Position numbers and translations under genes: made by a program. The notes under the pieces are model-generated. The model did not search any database and had not been told where the DNA came from. It was given only the letters and a program-made list of their open reading frames with translations. Below are positions 23,662-36,788 of a DNA stretch of 64,000 bases, one piece after another; positions within the stretch are counted from its first letter, which is position 1, and the number at the start of each line of letters is the position of its first letter. This DNA is from Octopus bimaculoides (taxonomy: Eukaryota): positions 104,374,343-104,438,342 of the forward strand of contig NC_068984.1 in assembly GCF_001194135.2 (NCBI RefSeq). The letters run 5' to 3'.

Positions 23662-26478
23662 AATCAAAGGTCCTTTTTGAGCCCTAGGTTCATAAGGCTG
23701 GAATACATATTCCACCCCCAGGATGGGATGCTGGTTCATTCAAGAATTACTCATTTTTGTCAGCAGAGTGAATTGGAGCAACATGAAATGAAGTGTTTTG
23801 CTCAAGAACACAATAAATTGCCTTGACTAGGAGTCAAAACTAAAATCTCACAATCATGAGTACCACACCCTAACCACTAAATCACATGCCACTACACTGC
23901 AATATATGGCTATAACGAAATACTTTACTGTAATATATGACTATGATAAAATACTGTTACTGCAGTATATGGCTATAATAAAATATTGCAATAGTAAATT
24001 CCCACTTCATAATATACCACAGAAGTGATAGGGAGGAATATCATATTTTATAGACAGTAAAATATTTAAAATAAATGATTCCTATACCCAAAGGTCCCTG
24101 AGAGCAGCTGCTAGCTCTAGTTTCATAGTATAAAGCAAAGAAATAATAAACACCCACTGATAGGTTTCCAATCTATTATAGTTAATATTCTGAGATGATT
24201 TGGTATCTTTTCCAGGAAACTTGATGGAAAGAGGCAATGTAAAATAAAGTCTTGAATCTAGAAACAAAAGAAAGATAGTAGCAACACGTTTTAACTCAAG
24301 AATCATGGGAAAGTTGTTCAATATCCTTCCACTTTTGTATTTTTACAACTACAGGAAATATTTTGGAATTGGAGCCATCACATGTTTATTTATAAGTCAG
24401 AAGACTTGATGGTTAAACCAAGAAGGGAGTGTCTATATAATGGCTTGACTTGATAGAAATATCCAGCAAACAACTTTAAATAATACTCTACTATTTAAAA
24501 AAAATCAACATATCTAGCACTACATTGAATAATGTAGTATGATAATGTCTGAAAGAAAAAGACAAGCTGGTCATGACTGGGTGACTTGTAGAATAATAGG
24601 CCTGCTGAGTCAGTTGTAAAAATAAGATGAGAACAGAATAAGATACAGTTTATGTTATAGAGTTAATGATAATAATAAAGGATGCGATAGGTGAAGGGAA
24701 GATATTTTTGAGGCCAAATTCTATGATATCAGAATGGAAAAAATGGTGATTAATTGAAGGATTGCAGCTATCAATTTTACTAGTTATATTCAAAACTATG
24801 CTAAACTTCAAACAAAGCAATATCTTTTTATCTTTCTGCTTTATATCAATTTATCTAGGATAACATAAAGAATATGGATTTTGTTGGCACAATTGTTTTT
24901 AAAACCACATTCTTTCTTTCTACTATTAATTATCAGAGAAAAAAAAAAAAAGAGCAAAATATTAGAAAGCTTAATATTTTCTGAAAATTATAAATTTCTA
25001 GAAAATTCTAACATTTCTATTTTAAAAAGAGAAAGATCAAATGATAACTTTGAAGTACACTGTTTTATAATCCAATTAATTTTATGATAATTTCATAGCT
25101 ACAGCTGATGAAATGAAAGAGAGAAAAGAGAGAAAAGAAAGAGAGAAAGAGAGAAAAGAGAGAAAAACGAGAGTTTATAAGCTGTTTTTTTTTTCACTCA
25201 TAATGTAATACATTTGCCATTTTTTATAGATGTTGTGACAGTAGCCTTGTGTGAATTTTAAGCCATATCTCTGTAATAGTTTGACAGCTTATCTCTTTTG
25301 TTTGAGAGTGTAACATCACTGCCAAGTTGGGATTTAGTGACATAAAATTATTGTGTGATCTATATAACGTTTTTGTGTGTTTGTATAACATTTATGCTTT
25401 TTTTGTTTGAATATTTCCTAATACTTGTCTCTGCCTCTCTTTCCAGTCCCACCTTTTTTACTTGTACCCTCTTTTTTATAATGCTAGGAGCCATATATCT
25501 CCTCTATATTAAGAAACCTGTCCTGTTCTGGTCTCTTCTCTTTTACTCTTGATTCCTCCTTGCCTAGTGTAAAACTGCCTTCTTCTCTACAGTAGCACCA
25601 TTCAATGAAAGTCCTGTAAAGCTGTACAGTGACCTCACTAGTGCTGGTGTTATGAGAGAAAAAAAAAAAAGAGCACCCAGTGCACTCTGTAAAGTGATTG
25701 ACACTTGGCAGCACATTCAGTTGTAGAAACCATGACAAAGCAGACAATGGAACATGACACAGTCCTATCATTTAACTCATGCTAGTATGGAAGATAGATG
25801 TTAAAAGATGATGATGATGGTAATGGTGATGACTTGAAGGTAAAACAAAGTATTAACAGAAATGTGGTATATAATTGTAGTGATTAAATTTTAAAATAAC
25901 AAAAAAAAAAAAAACTAATCACACATGAGTTTAATGAAAGATTATGTAATAACTGAAAAACAAAAATAAGTTATTTGTGAAAGTTACATTGTCATGACTA
26001 AAGAATGAAGAAGTAAAAAGAAACTTAAAATCTTAGTTCCAATAAATACGTTTAATTACTATCATAGGACATTTCCCCATAAATCAAATGAGAAGAATAA
26101 TTTCATGGAAACTATTTCTGATTGATTAGACTAATTAAACAAATGTCTATGAAAAGATCTTGAAACAAATATGAGTTTATCGAGAAGTGATGAGAAATTA
26201 TGAAATTTCCTTTGGAACAGCTGAAATTTTCTTTGAGTATTTTAGAGCCAAGATAGATGTAAAATGCAATTCTGATGGCTGTTCAATACCAAAACAGGTG
26301 AAAATGTCATCAAATGCTCATGAAACTAATCACTCGTAGAGATTAAAGAAAAAAAAAAAGAGAGAAGAGCAAATGGAGATAACTCAGATGGGCCAGTGGA
26401 ATGAATCTCAATAAATAGTGAGGCACTGAATGGTGTACATAAAAAATATATTTCATAATTTATTAAAGTCTATACTTA

Positions 26479-26690
26479 GAGTGAGTAAATATAGACCCAG
26501 TGGCAGTTTTTAGAGGCTATCAGAGATAAGGAGAGATAAGTTACCTCTTGGAGTAAATAAATATAAACCTAATGGTAGTTTTTGGATGTTATCAAAGATA
26601 TGGAGAAATAATTTATCCCTAGGAGTAAGTCAATATAGACTTAATGGCAGTTGTTAGAGGTTATCAAAATGAAGGGGAGAAAATTTCAAG
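26479..26690. repeat. 72-bp tandem repeat, 3 copies
   Basis: Units start at 26479, 26551 and 26623. Confidence 0.9.
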
Positions 26691-27084
26691 AAATTTAGAA
26701 CTAATCTCTCAAAGTTAATTTACATACTTAGGGAAAAGTTTTAGCTTTGTTTGGAGGCAAGAGGTAGGGACCATCTCTGGATATATTTCTGTCAACATCA
26801 GCAGAGGTAATAGCTCCCTCAATTTTTTTTCCCTATTCTAATTTGCATAAATAAAAATTAAAATGAGTTATGGGAAATAGCTGAAATGAACCAATGGCAT
26901 GAATTTGGATCAATAAGTTATGGGTTGATGCACTGAATTTTGTATGGCAACAAATCCTTAATTAAAATTTCTTTTTTGGTTGAAGAAATAAGACAAAAAT
27001 CTAGCAGTAATTATTACTGACTATCAAAGGAAACCATCAAGGAATCTGAAGCCTCACCGATGTGTTGTTGATAGATACAAGCAT

Positions 27085-27244
27085 AGTCTAGTTATGTGGT
27101 TAAGAAGCTTGCTTCCCAACTATGTGCATTCAGGTTCACATGCACTATGCAGTAGCATGGGCAAGTGTCTTTTACTATAGCCCTAGGATGACCAAAGCCT
27201 TATGAGTGGATTTGGAAGATGGAAATTGAAAGAAGCATGTCCTC

Positions 27245-27294
<50 letters not shown>

Positions 27295-27630
27295 TATGTG
27301 TGTGTGTGTGTGTGTAACCTTGTCATGTGATGGTTGTAAACAAGCATCACCATCATACAAAGATGTTACTGAAGTTTTATTGATAGTGTTGATATTACTG
27401 ACATACAAGTGTTACCTTAAAAGTAAATGGGAAATTGAAATGAACTTCTTAAGCATGCAGGTATGGTTGTGTGGTAAAGAAGTTTGCTTCCAAACTACAT
27501 GCTTCTGGGTTCAGTCCCACTGCGTGGAACCTTGGGAAGGTGTCTTCTTGGACAAACCAAAGCCTTGGGAGTGGATGTGGTAGACAGAAACTAAAACAAG
27601 GTGATTGTATATGTAACCAATCATATATAT
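27085..27630 (+). mobile_element. Two adjacent diverged SINE family-A heads
   Basis: gttatgtggttaagaagcttgcttcccaac... and ggttgtgtggtaaagaagtttgcttccaaac... motifs. Confidence 0.7.
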
Positions 27631-28254
27631 ACACATACATATATTTCAAATCATACACATAAAGCTATAAATAATGGTATGTAAATACTGGGTTTAAAAA
27701 CCCTTTAGGATAGAAAAAGACAAAATCTTCCTGTGTGATAACCCACATTACTTGTAGACATGACAGCTGTTCTACCATTGTACCAAAGCAATCCTGCAAA
27801 TTTCTTTATCCATTTTAGAAACCTTATTCTTATCAGGAAGAATTGTATTTTGTTGACATCATAGGAATTTTATAAACTTTCAAGAAAATGTGAACTAATT
27901 TATTTTGGAATATCTCAAAGTGCCCACATAAAGCTAGGAATAATAGCATGTAAACGCTGGACTGGAAAACTCATTTTTGATAGAAGAAGATGAAAGCTAC
28001 CCATATGTATATATGTGTGTATGTGTATATATACATGCAAGTGTGTGTGTTATTGTCTCCTTGACTTGACATTGCATGATAGTTACAAACAAGAGTCACC
28101 AGCATGCAAACAACACCAATATGGTGTCCTTTGTTTTTGAACTTTCATGTAAACATGTTTGGTTGTGGGGAAATATTACCTTACTTGGAAATAGGTGAAG
28201 GTTGATGACAGGAAGGGTATCCAGCCTATGAAAATCTGCCTCATAAAATTCGTC

Positions 28255-29690
28255 CATCATCATCATTTAACATCCATTTTCTTGCTGGTATGGGTTGGAT
28301 GGTGTGAAAGGAGCTGGTGAATCAGAGGACTGCACCAAACTCCAATTCCTGCTTTGGCATGGTTTCTATAGCTGAATGCCCTTCCTTATACCAACCACTT
28401 AGATAATGTAGTGAGTGCTTTTTATATGGCACCTGCACTAGTAAAGTCATGAAATAACTTGCAAGGCAAGACCAACCCCTTCAACTGTGAAGGGAGTAGT
28501 ATTGGGGGAGTTGGCTTTATGCCAGGTGATGAGAGATTAAAGTATGATAGAGAGACAAGAACAGGTGTCTTGCTGTAGAGAAATATAAGGTTACTCACTC
28601 GGAAAAGAAAAATGATAGTGAAAATGTGTCAAGGTGTACCCTCAAGTCATAGATGAAAAAAATAAGATGGTATGGGATGATACTAAGAATGCATGATAAA
28701 GAGGTGGTTCCAAGGAAGAAGGACAATGGGTGCAGAGACATATATAAGTGATATGCTTTTAGGTCTTAATTTTTTGTTCAGATGGATGGGTCTTCTCAAG
28801 TACAGCAAATTGTCAACCATCATGGTCTTTTGTCATCTCCTTTATGAGGCTTAACATCCAGAGGCTATTCTTTACTACTTCCTGCCATGTCTTCTTGGGT
28901 CTTCCACAGGCTCCATCCATATTTAGTGAGTAGCACTTCTTTATGCAGCTGTCTCATCTATGAGCATTACATAATCATACCAGTGCAGCCTTCTCTCTTG
29001 CACACTACATCTGATTCCTATTATGCTTAATTTTTCATTTAACACATTTATGCTTACATGCACACTGATAATGCACATCCATTGAAGTATGCTAGCCTCA
29101 GTACTTTCCAACCTTCATATGTCCTCTGTATTCACAGCCCACATTTTACTACCTTCTATCATGTTTGTACACAAGCATCATGCAATGTGCCTTCCACTCT
29201 GAAAGAGAGTAATTTTGTTGCCAACAGAGGTAATAGTTTTCTGAACTTTTCCCTCTTATTGCCATCTGGCAACTATACTTTCAGAGCATCCCCTCTACTG
29301 CTAATTAGATCACCTAGGTAACAGAAACTATCTGCTACTTCTAGGAACCTTCTGGGCATTTGAGAAAATCTATCTCCTGTATGTCATTAGTGTTCATTGC
29401 TCTTGAGCACCTTCCACATACAAACATTACTTTCTCCATTAACCTTCCTATGATACCATGATACATATTCATAGTTTGCACTGAGTACACTGTATGGAAT
29501 TCCTACCTACACCTTTCCTACATATCAAACAAGACCATTTACCTGATGGGAGCGGGGTCTGTCTTTTCCTGCTTACTAGAACTTAGGACTTTGTTAAGTT
29601 AACTTTAAGGCCTTTTGATTCCAGATTTTGCTTCCACACTAGGAATTTCTTTTCTAATTCTACTATTGATTCTGTTATCAGAATGAAGTC
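28255..29690 (-). mobile_element. Old RTE LINE fragment (ORF2 C-terminal relic and 3' UTR)
   Basis: Minus strand gives WKQNLESKGLKVNLTKS*VLVSR...GKWSCLICRKGV, homologous to the 21000-21290 region; many stops. Confidence 0.8.
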
Positions 29691-29987
29691 ACCAGCATAT
29701 AGTAGTTCTCAAGGGCAGCTAGTCTTAAATTCCTGTTATGGATTTGAGGACAATGATGAACAGAAGGGAATGAGGATGGTTTAGCCTTCATCAAATTGAT
29801 CTATAGTTGAAGGTATTCTAACTATGACTATCCTATGTTTTTTCAATTGTTGTCTATCTAAGACATTATTAAATACATTTTTTTTATTTAAGATAGTAGG
29901 ATGTTATATGAGAAATATTTGGTTGTTGTTTCTAAATCTTCCATAGTAAATAAGAATGAAGAATTTAATGTTTGGTATTACACTTAC

Positions 29988-30043
29988 CTCTTTCCAAGAA
30001 TCTGTAGTAACCACAGTTTCTTCCTCTTCCTTCAGATCACTAC
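29988..30043 (-). CDS. Coding exon (56 nt, phase 1-0), (G)SDLKEEEETVVTTDSWKE
   Basis: aaaattattcag|GT...GAG|gtaagt. Phase 1 start completes Gly with the 34314 exon; phase 0 end fits the 3670 exon. Confidence 0.8.
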
Positions 30044-30832
30044 CTGAATAATTTTTGAATTTTAAGCATTAGATAAAATGAAATAGTTATAAAACTATAC
30101 TATGAATTTCGTTTTGGGATTTGGTTTGCAAGATTCTTTATGTGAGTTTGTGTGTTGAAGCATATTCTGTTGTGTCTGGGGAGAGTCATTCTCTTACTCA
30201 CCAGTAAAATTCACACTCATTTACTTATTTATTTTTCTAAAATTTTCGTTACGTCTTGCAACCTTTTCAATAGTTGTTGACTCTGTCCGTTATTCAAACT
30301 GTGTTCTTTTCGTTTGTTTGTGTGCATGTGTGTGGGTCAGTGTGTGTGCGCATACCCATGTATGTACGTATGTATGTATGTATGTATGTATGTATGTATG
30401 TATGTATGTATGTATGTATGTATGTATGTATGCATGCAACCATGCATGCATGTAAGTGTGTATATGCATGTATGTATGTGTGTCCATATGTATATATGTT
30501 TGTATGTGTGTACGTTTGTATGTGTGTATGTTTGTATGTACGTATTCTGCATATTCATGTGTCTGTGTGTTTGTTCGTTCATGCTTGAGTGTTTTCATGT
30601 GTGTGTGTTTGCATGTGTTTGTGTGTGTACCTCTGTCTCCTTGTGTGTGCATATTTGAGTGTGTGTGTGTGTGTGTATGGGTTTTTGTGACTGTGTACTG
30701 TGTCTGTATGTATGGATGTGTATCTCCATATGTAGGGATATGTGTCTCCATATGTANNNNNNNNNNCACATGAATATGCAGAATACGTACATACAAGCGT
30801 ACACACATACATACACATACACACACATACAT

Positions 30833-31121
30833 ACACCTAACTCCCCATACTTCAGTCCCCTTGATTATTATGTGTAGGGTGCAGTTGAGTGAGAGACCAA
30901 CAAAACTCCTTGTAACACCAAAGTTGAACTAAAGGCAAGGGTTATCGTAGCATTCAACTTAAACAAGGAAACTGTCCAGTAGAGTTGCAGGAGTTTGCGA
31001 AATTGTCTGGAGGCCATGGTTGAAGCCAATGGCGATTTTATTGAATAAATTTACTCTTTAATATTTCAAGATATTTTTATGCAATTTTGGTAAATATATC
31101 TGTTAAAATGAGATGTCAGTG
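30833..31121 (+). mobile_element. DD37D-type element 3' fragment, ends in gap
   Basis: PNSPYFSPLDYYV...NKTPCNTK...VEANGDFIE; reverse complement of 9010-9300. Confidence 0.85.
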
Positions 31122-31714
31122 NNNNNNNNNNNNNNNNNNNNNNNNNNNNNNNNNNNNNNNNNNNNNNNNNNNNNNNNNNNNNNNNNNNNNNNNNNNNNNN
31201 NNNNNNNNNNNNNNNNNNNNNNNNNNNNNNNNNNNNNNNNNNNNNNNNNNNNNNNNNNNNNNNNNNNNNNNNNNNNNNNNNNNNNNNNNNNNNNNNNNNN
31301 NNNNNNNNNNNNNNNNNNNNNNNNNNNNNNNNNNNNNNNNNNNNNNNNNNNNNNNNNNNNNNNNNNNNNNNNNNNNNNNNNNNNNNNNNNNNNNNNNNNN
31401 NNNNNNNNNNNNNNNNNNNNNNNNNNNNNNNNNNNNNNNNNNNNNNNNNNNNNNNNNNNNNNNNNNNNNNNNNNNNNNNNNNNNNNNNNNNNNNNNNNNN
31501 NNNNNNNNNNNNNNNNNNNNNNNNNNNNNNNNNNNNNNNNNNNNNTGAATTTAAATTCAGAGTACAGAGAATCAGAAAAAATACCAGGGTGCATTCTGTC
31601 TGATGCACTAATGACTGCTAATATTTATCTTTTATCTGTTTTAGTCATGGAGCTTAACCCATGCTGTGGTACTGCCTTGAAGGATTTAGTCAAACAAATC
31701 AACCACAGAACTTA

Positions 31715-31970
31715 CAGTCATGGCCAAAAGTTTGGAACATAGGTCTGAAAATTAGAATTTTTATATTAAATGCCCAAAGTTATATTAAAAGTAAGCAATT
31801 TGGTCTAGAGTTTTATTTTTGATTTTGCCTATATTTCTTCTAGATTTGAACCATTAGATCAGTTATTAGGTAAGTATATCTCTATGTTGAATATATATTT
31901 GAATCAAATTGTACTTGGGCATAACAATTTTAATTTTTTAAAAAATGTTCCAAACTTTTGGCTACAACTG
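31715..31970. mobile_element. Tc1-type MITE, 256 bp
   Basis: TA-cagtcatggccaaaagtttggaaca ... tgttccaaacttttggctacaactg-TA (25-bp TIR, TA duplication). Confidence 0.85.
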
Positions 31971-32261
31971 TACTTTTTTAAAGGCTGGCACTTATATCCA
32001 TTTCTTTTGTCAAACTACTATGTCACAGAAATTTAAATTAACCAACACTAACTGTTTAGAGACAGAGGGAGACAAAAATACAAATGTTGCCTATATAAAT
32101 AAAATGAACAAAACTAAATAATGTAAGTGGATTTATGTTACACTTTACTGCCACACAACAGCTTTTAACAGCTAACAAAGGAGCCTCTGCTAGAAATAGC
32201 AATAATATCATCTTCAAATCATATCATACTGTCTTAACAAAGGAAGTTGACATTGAATAAT

Positions 32262-32622
32262 TGTTATAATGTGGATCCTGTATGTTATTATCAGCATTGT
32301 ACTATTCTTGTTGCCACTATTATGTTGTGACGGTATTCAATTATTATCTTTCATTTGTCTATCATGCTATTAGTGATAGCTCCACAAGACAATGACTTGA
32401 AACTTGAACTCGTATATAACTTGAACTCGTATATAACATGTAACTGACACTGGCTCCAACTGAGAACTTGTACAATGACTCTACTACTACTGACCTTCTA
32501 CAAAGACTGACTGTCTGATTTTATAGTGGCAACTCATACCACTTTGCCACGTGGAAAGGGGAGTACCATTTTTACAACAACAATAATGTAGCCCATAAAT
32601 ATACAAACAGACACATTTATCA
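32262..32622 (-). mobile_element. Probable solo LTR, same family as 44579-44954
   Basis: Shares aagtggtatgagtt(a)gccactataaa, cagttgga and atagcatgataga blocks in reverse; TG...CA ends; internal perfect 17-bp tandem duplication at 32401. Confidence 0.55.
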
Positions 32623-33252
32623 CGACTGGAAACCCCTTGATCATAGGTCTGCTTGATCACAGTTGACTTAGGGTTAAATAAAAACTACAACAACAATTAC
32701 TGCATTGGATAATGAATGTTACAGAACAGTCTGAGAAGTTGATTAGAAATGCAGAATAAAATCTTTTACAGTTTCAAAAATTTTGTCAAAGAATTTGAAA
32801 GAAACTATCATGTGATATGGGAAGATTTTATTAATGGTTGGGGAGTAGCTCTCTGAACAAAGACAAAAGAGAAAGAACAATTTGGGGGTTTAGGAATGGG
32901 TTAAATATGTAGAACAGAAGTAACTGAATAAACACTTGACTGTATTGTTCTGGTCTTGTGATCTAGATATACTGAACATCAGTCTGCAATGGGACCATTC
33001 TGTGTGTTGAAAATAGTTTTACTTAGTAAAGTTCTTTTTTTGATTCTTATGGTTATAATGGTTATATGATAGTTTCCCATTTCTTTATTCAGTTCTTTAC
33101 ATTTTTATTAAACTCTGCAGAGGTAAGACAAGGCAGTGTTCTATAGTATGGTCTACTTCTTCATATTCATGGGTGGTTAGGCCAGTCTTGTAGCCTCATT
33201 TGATCATAGAAATTTTTAATCATCCCATTCTCATTTTCATATGATTGAGTGT

Positions 33253-33862
33253 CACCCACTTTTCTATAACACATTGTGCCTCTAGATAACACACTGTTTC
33301 CCCAGAGAAATAAAAGTTAGGTCCACCACCCAAGTCTATTTTCCCCTAAATGCAAGAGTAAGCCAAGTAAAAAGTATAATATTGCCACTCTGCACCCTGC
33401 AAAGCTTGACATAGGCCTTTTGCCTACTGCATTTCCACTTTGGGCTGAATAGACCTTCCTTAGACAACCTAGTCCTTGTGAGCTCCCTTGCTCGCACCAT
33501 ATTGGTGCTAAGCTCAGCACAAGCACCAAATTACTATAGAAGACTGACTACTGGCCAGTCTCACACTGGCCAGGCAAAATCAAACCTTTTTGGCAGCTAG
33601 GTTACAGGAACATGTCACAAATCTTTCCTTTAAGTACCACATCAAAAACACCAAATTGAAAGTTGGTTCCTGAAACAACAGATGGCTCCTCATTTTGTGT
33701 GTCAAGCTTTGCATGGTGCAGAGTGGCAATAATATTATACTTTTTACTTGGCCTACTCTTACATTAAAGGGAAAAATAGACTTGGGTGGTGGACTTAAGT
33801 TTTATTTCTCTGGGGAAACAGTGTATTATCTTGAGGCACAATGTAATATAGAAAAGTGGGTG
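33253..33862. mobile_element. Fold-back element/MITE with about 160-bp inverted arms
   Basis: 33253-33411 versus reverse complement of 33700-33862, roughly 90% identical by eye; 288-bp spacer; no TSD identified. Confidence 0.75.
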
Positions 33863-34313
33863 CTCATAGCATTATGGTCAGGACAATAAAACTTAATATT
33901 TCCTAAATAAATTATTAGTTGTGTATTATTACTAATAAGTTAACCTATTAATTAATGATTGACAGCATTTACTGTTTGAGTTTGATTGTTTTTATTGATA
34001 TCTTTTCAGTTAATTAAATCATCAATTGATGAATGAAATGGAACTGTCTTCTTTGCTCTGGATACTGGGTACTTTACCTGTAGAATGTCACTTTGTCCCA
34101 GAGATTAAATAATTATTCAAGGCAAAGCACTTCAGATATTTTAGAGTTTGAGAAACAAGAAGCTTAATATTTATGGATTATTTCAACAAAACAGTAAAAA
34201 AGAAAAAAAAAGAATGTCTAAAACAGTCAATATATGCTTCTATAATTGATTTTGTAGCATAGTATAAAAAAGAAAATAAGGAAGATAAAAATAAAAACTA
34301 AAAAAAAAGCTAC

Positions 34314-34410
34314 CTTTTGTTGGAGACTCGATTTCTTCAAGCAATTCAAAATTATTCTGATTCTTGTCATTCATGTCCACTGTTTGCGTTTCTGATGTTC
34401 TGACAGATTT
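34314..34410 (-). CDS. Coding exon (97 nt, phase 0-1), KSVRTSETQTVDMNDKNQNNFELLEEIESPTK
   Basis: gaatttagcaacag|AAA...AAAG|gtagc; open frame, phase-compatible on both sides. Confidence 0.8.
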
Positions 34411-36284
34411 CTGTTGCTAAATTCATGATAAAAATATTAAAGAATTAAATATAGACTCTTGCTACCAATTTCTTCATGGTTGTTATATCTTAGACATTCA
34501 GAATGTTTTTACTTTTTGATTTATTCCAAAGACAGACATATTTCTTATGAAAACCCAAATGGAATAAAAAAAATACATAAAAAGAAATTACTTTCAGAAT
34601 TTCCTCTCCTTAGAAGAGAAATCTTGTTATTTTAGCATGATTTCAACAATCTTAGAAAAATTATTGAAATCTAATGAAAATGTATTGAATGGCCACTTTG
34701 TTGTCTGATAGCTATTTGGCCATTTGCATGGCATTTCATAGGTTTAAGTGTTATTTTTTAAAGAAAGAAATGGTGTGAGCACAGCAAAAATTATTTAAGT
34801 TATGTGGGAAAACATTGAAAAATAGAGAATAAAAAGCCAAAAATGTCAGATGCATAATGACTAGAAACTAAAGTAAAAGGTAGGCTAATGAAAAATTAGC
34901 ACCATAACCTGTAACATATGCTAGAATACAGGGAAAAATATGAAAAAGAACCCAGCAAATCCAAAGTCTGTGATGCCAAGTTGTATGGTTGAGAAATCAT
35001 TACTAAAACATATTGAATCTAAGAATCAGTAAAGGAGAAGTTATGAGTGCATGAAATTAAACAAACAGTCCAAGAATCTGTAAAAGGAATTACAGTGAAA
35101 TGAAGCAAATGTCATTAATACTGTAGGTTAGAATTTAGGGAAATGGGTTTAGTTTGGATAACTTGCTGTTATTGGGAGATGTTTAATTCTAAATGCTTAT
35201 TTAGAAAACATAAGAAATCTGTGATAAGGCTAAATAAATGAAATTCTCTCTAATCAGGAGAATGTTCTTCAAATTCACTTGAAATATCAACTACCACAGC
35301 TCCACTTCCTTTTTGTTTTTGCTATATTTCATGTTTTCATGATAAGTTATTGGAATATCATGTATAGCATTAGTTTATTTGCCTTTCACAATCTATTTAT
35401 TCTCCAGACTAAAGTGAAGTACCCTGAGCTGTTTCTATGTATTCAACTTCTTGTGTGGTCTTGTACGTAAGTGAAATAACACTTACATAACAAATTCTAT
35501 TGAACATTAAATCAGTAAACAATGGCAAATATGAAGATTAACAATCATAAGAGGAAGGAAAATAAACAGCATGAAGATAACAACTATAAGAAAACAAAAA
35601 CAACAACAGTGTGAAAATAACAACTGTTAGAAAAAGAAAAACAACAACAATATGAAGATAACATCTTTTAGGGAAAAAGAAAGCCAAAATAATATGAAAA
35701 TAAAAACTATAAGGGGAAGAAAAATGCAATAACAACATGAAAATAATAATAATAATAATAACAAAATTGCAACAACTGCAAACAACCTATAGGTTGCTGA
35801 GTGGTTCTCTTGAAAGTTATTAATATCATCATCAAAATAAACCTATTTATCAACAGATATATGCTCTCCTCTTCAACATTCACAAAATGGTATAATGGCT
35901 ATGAGGCTGAACAGATAGATTACCACCCATATGGTCACAAATGACAGCTAGAGAATTACTGGTCTTTATCAACTGTGATGACAAGTTTCACTCAGATTTC
36001 CCAGTTGAGCGGTTAATTGTAGGAAAGACATACATAAAAATACTTCCTACAATAACACTTGGCAGAAATATCTAAATTTGTATTAAATTATTTCATTCTA
36101 AAAGATAATTGATGAAAAACATTAAGAAGATTGAATAAGAGTAGAATTAGAAAATTTAGAAATCAGAAAATGTTAAACTGCTTAAAAAGAAAAAAAAATG
36201 CCTGATCAACTCCTTCAATAGCTTTGTAAGCTAGGTGAATATATAATTATTTCCATAGTGATTCTACTGATAATAGTTGACGGT

Positions 36285-36525
36285 GGTGGTGATGATGATG
36301 GTGATGGGTATGATAGTGATGATGACAACAATGTGATGATTATACTGATGATGATGACAATGACAACAATGATGATAATAATGATGAAAACAATGATGAT
36401 GATTATGATGAAGGTGATGAGACAAAAGAGGAAAAGAAGGATCATCATTATTGTTGTCATTGTCATCATCATCACCACCAACCTTCCCTTGGCAAGACCT
36501 TTATCATCATCATCATCATCACTCC
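36285..36525. repeat. Degenerate (GAT)n/(CAT)n trinucleotide tract; representative of dozens of (TA)n, (CA)n, (ATGT)n, (CT)n and (AAT)n microsatellites
   Basis: Direct inspection. Other long tracts at 1135-1195, 4755-4828, 8730-8795, 18360-18430, 30360-30430, 47650-47950 and 54930-55062. Confidence 0.9.
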
Positions 36526-36689
36526 TTGTATTAAACAATTGCTTGATAGGTTGAGCTGTTTTTATATCATACAATAACCTGTAAGGAAAAATAAGATGGT
36601 AGTTTGTTTTTTCTTGTATTTTATAAATAATTAATACTCCAACCTGAAAAAGCCACCCTCCAATCCCTAAACCCCTCTCAATTTCTGAC

Positions 36690-36788
36690 CTGAGTGGCTT
36701 CATACATATTTTGTAATGTTTCACATTTTGCTGTTTGAATGGCACTTTTCTCTTTTTCTTCTGAAAGAAGGATTTCTAGATTCTTTAT
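36690..36788 (-). CDS. Coding exon (99 nt, phase 0-0), IKNLEILLSEEKEKSAIQTAKCETLQNMYEATQ
   Basis: ttttccttcttcatttgcag|ATA...CAG|gtcaga; coiled-coil-like; an in-frame stop follows shortly after the donor. Confidence 0.8.

Noticed and set aside
30520-30812. Inverted copy of about 40 bp on either side of a 10-N gap
   Set aside because: Sits at a contig join inside low-complexity sequence; likely a scaffolding artefact.
30274-30877. Many overlapping ORFs rich in YI/CV/HT repeats (also 37084-37443, 47538-48016 and others)
   Set aside because: Translations of (TA)n, (CA)n and (ATGT)n microsatellites.
36481-36579. Exon-like segment with a strong acceptor (tttttccttacag), LLYDIKTAQPIKQLFNTRSDDDDDDKG
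   Set aside because: Phase 0 (needed after the 36690 exon) gives an immediate stop, and the open frame has no donor compatible with the 34410 exon.
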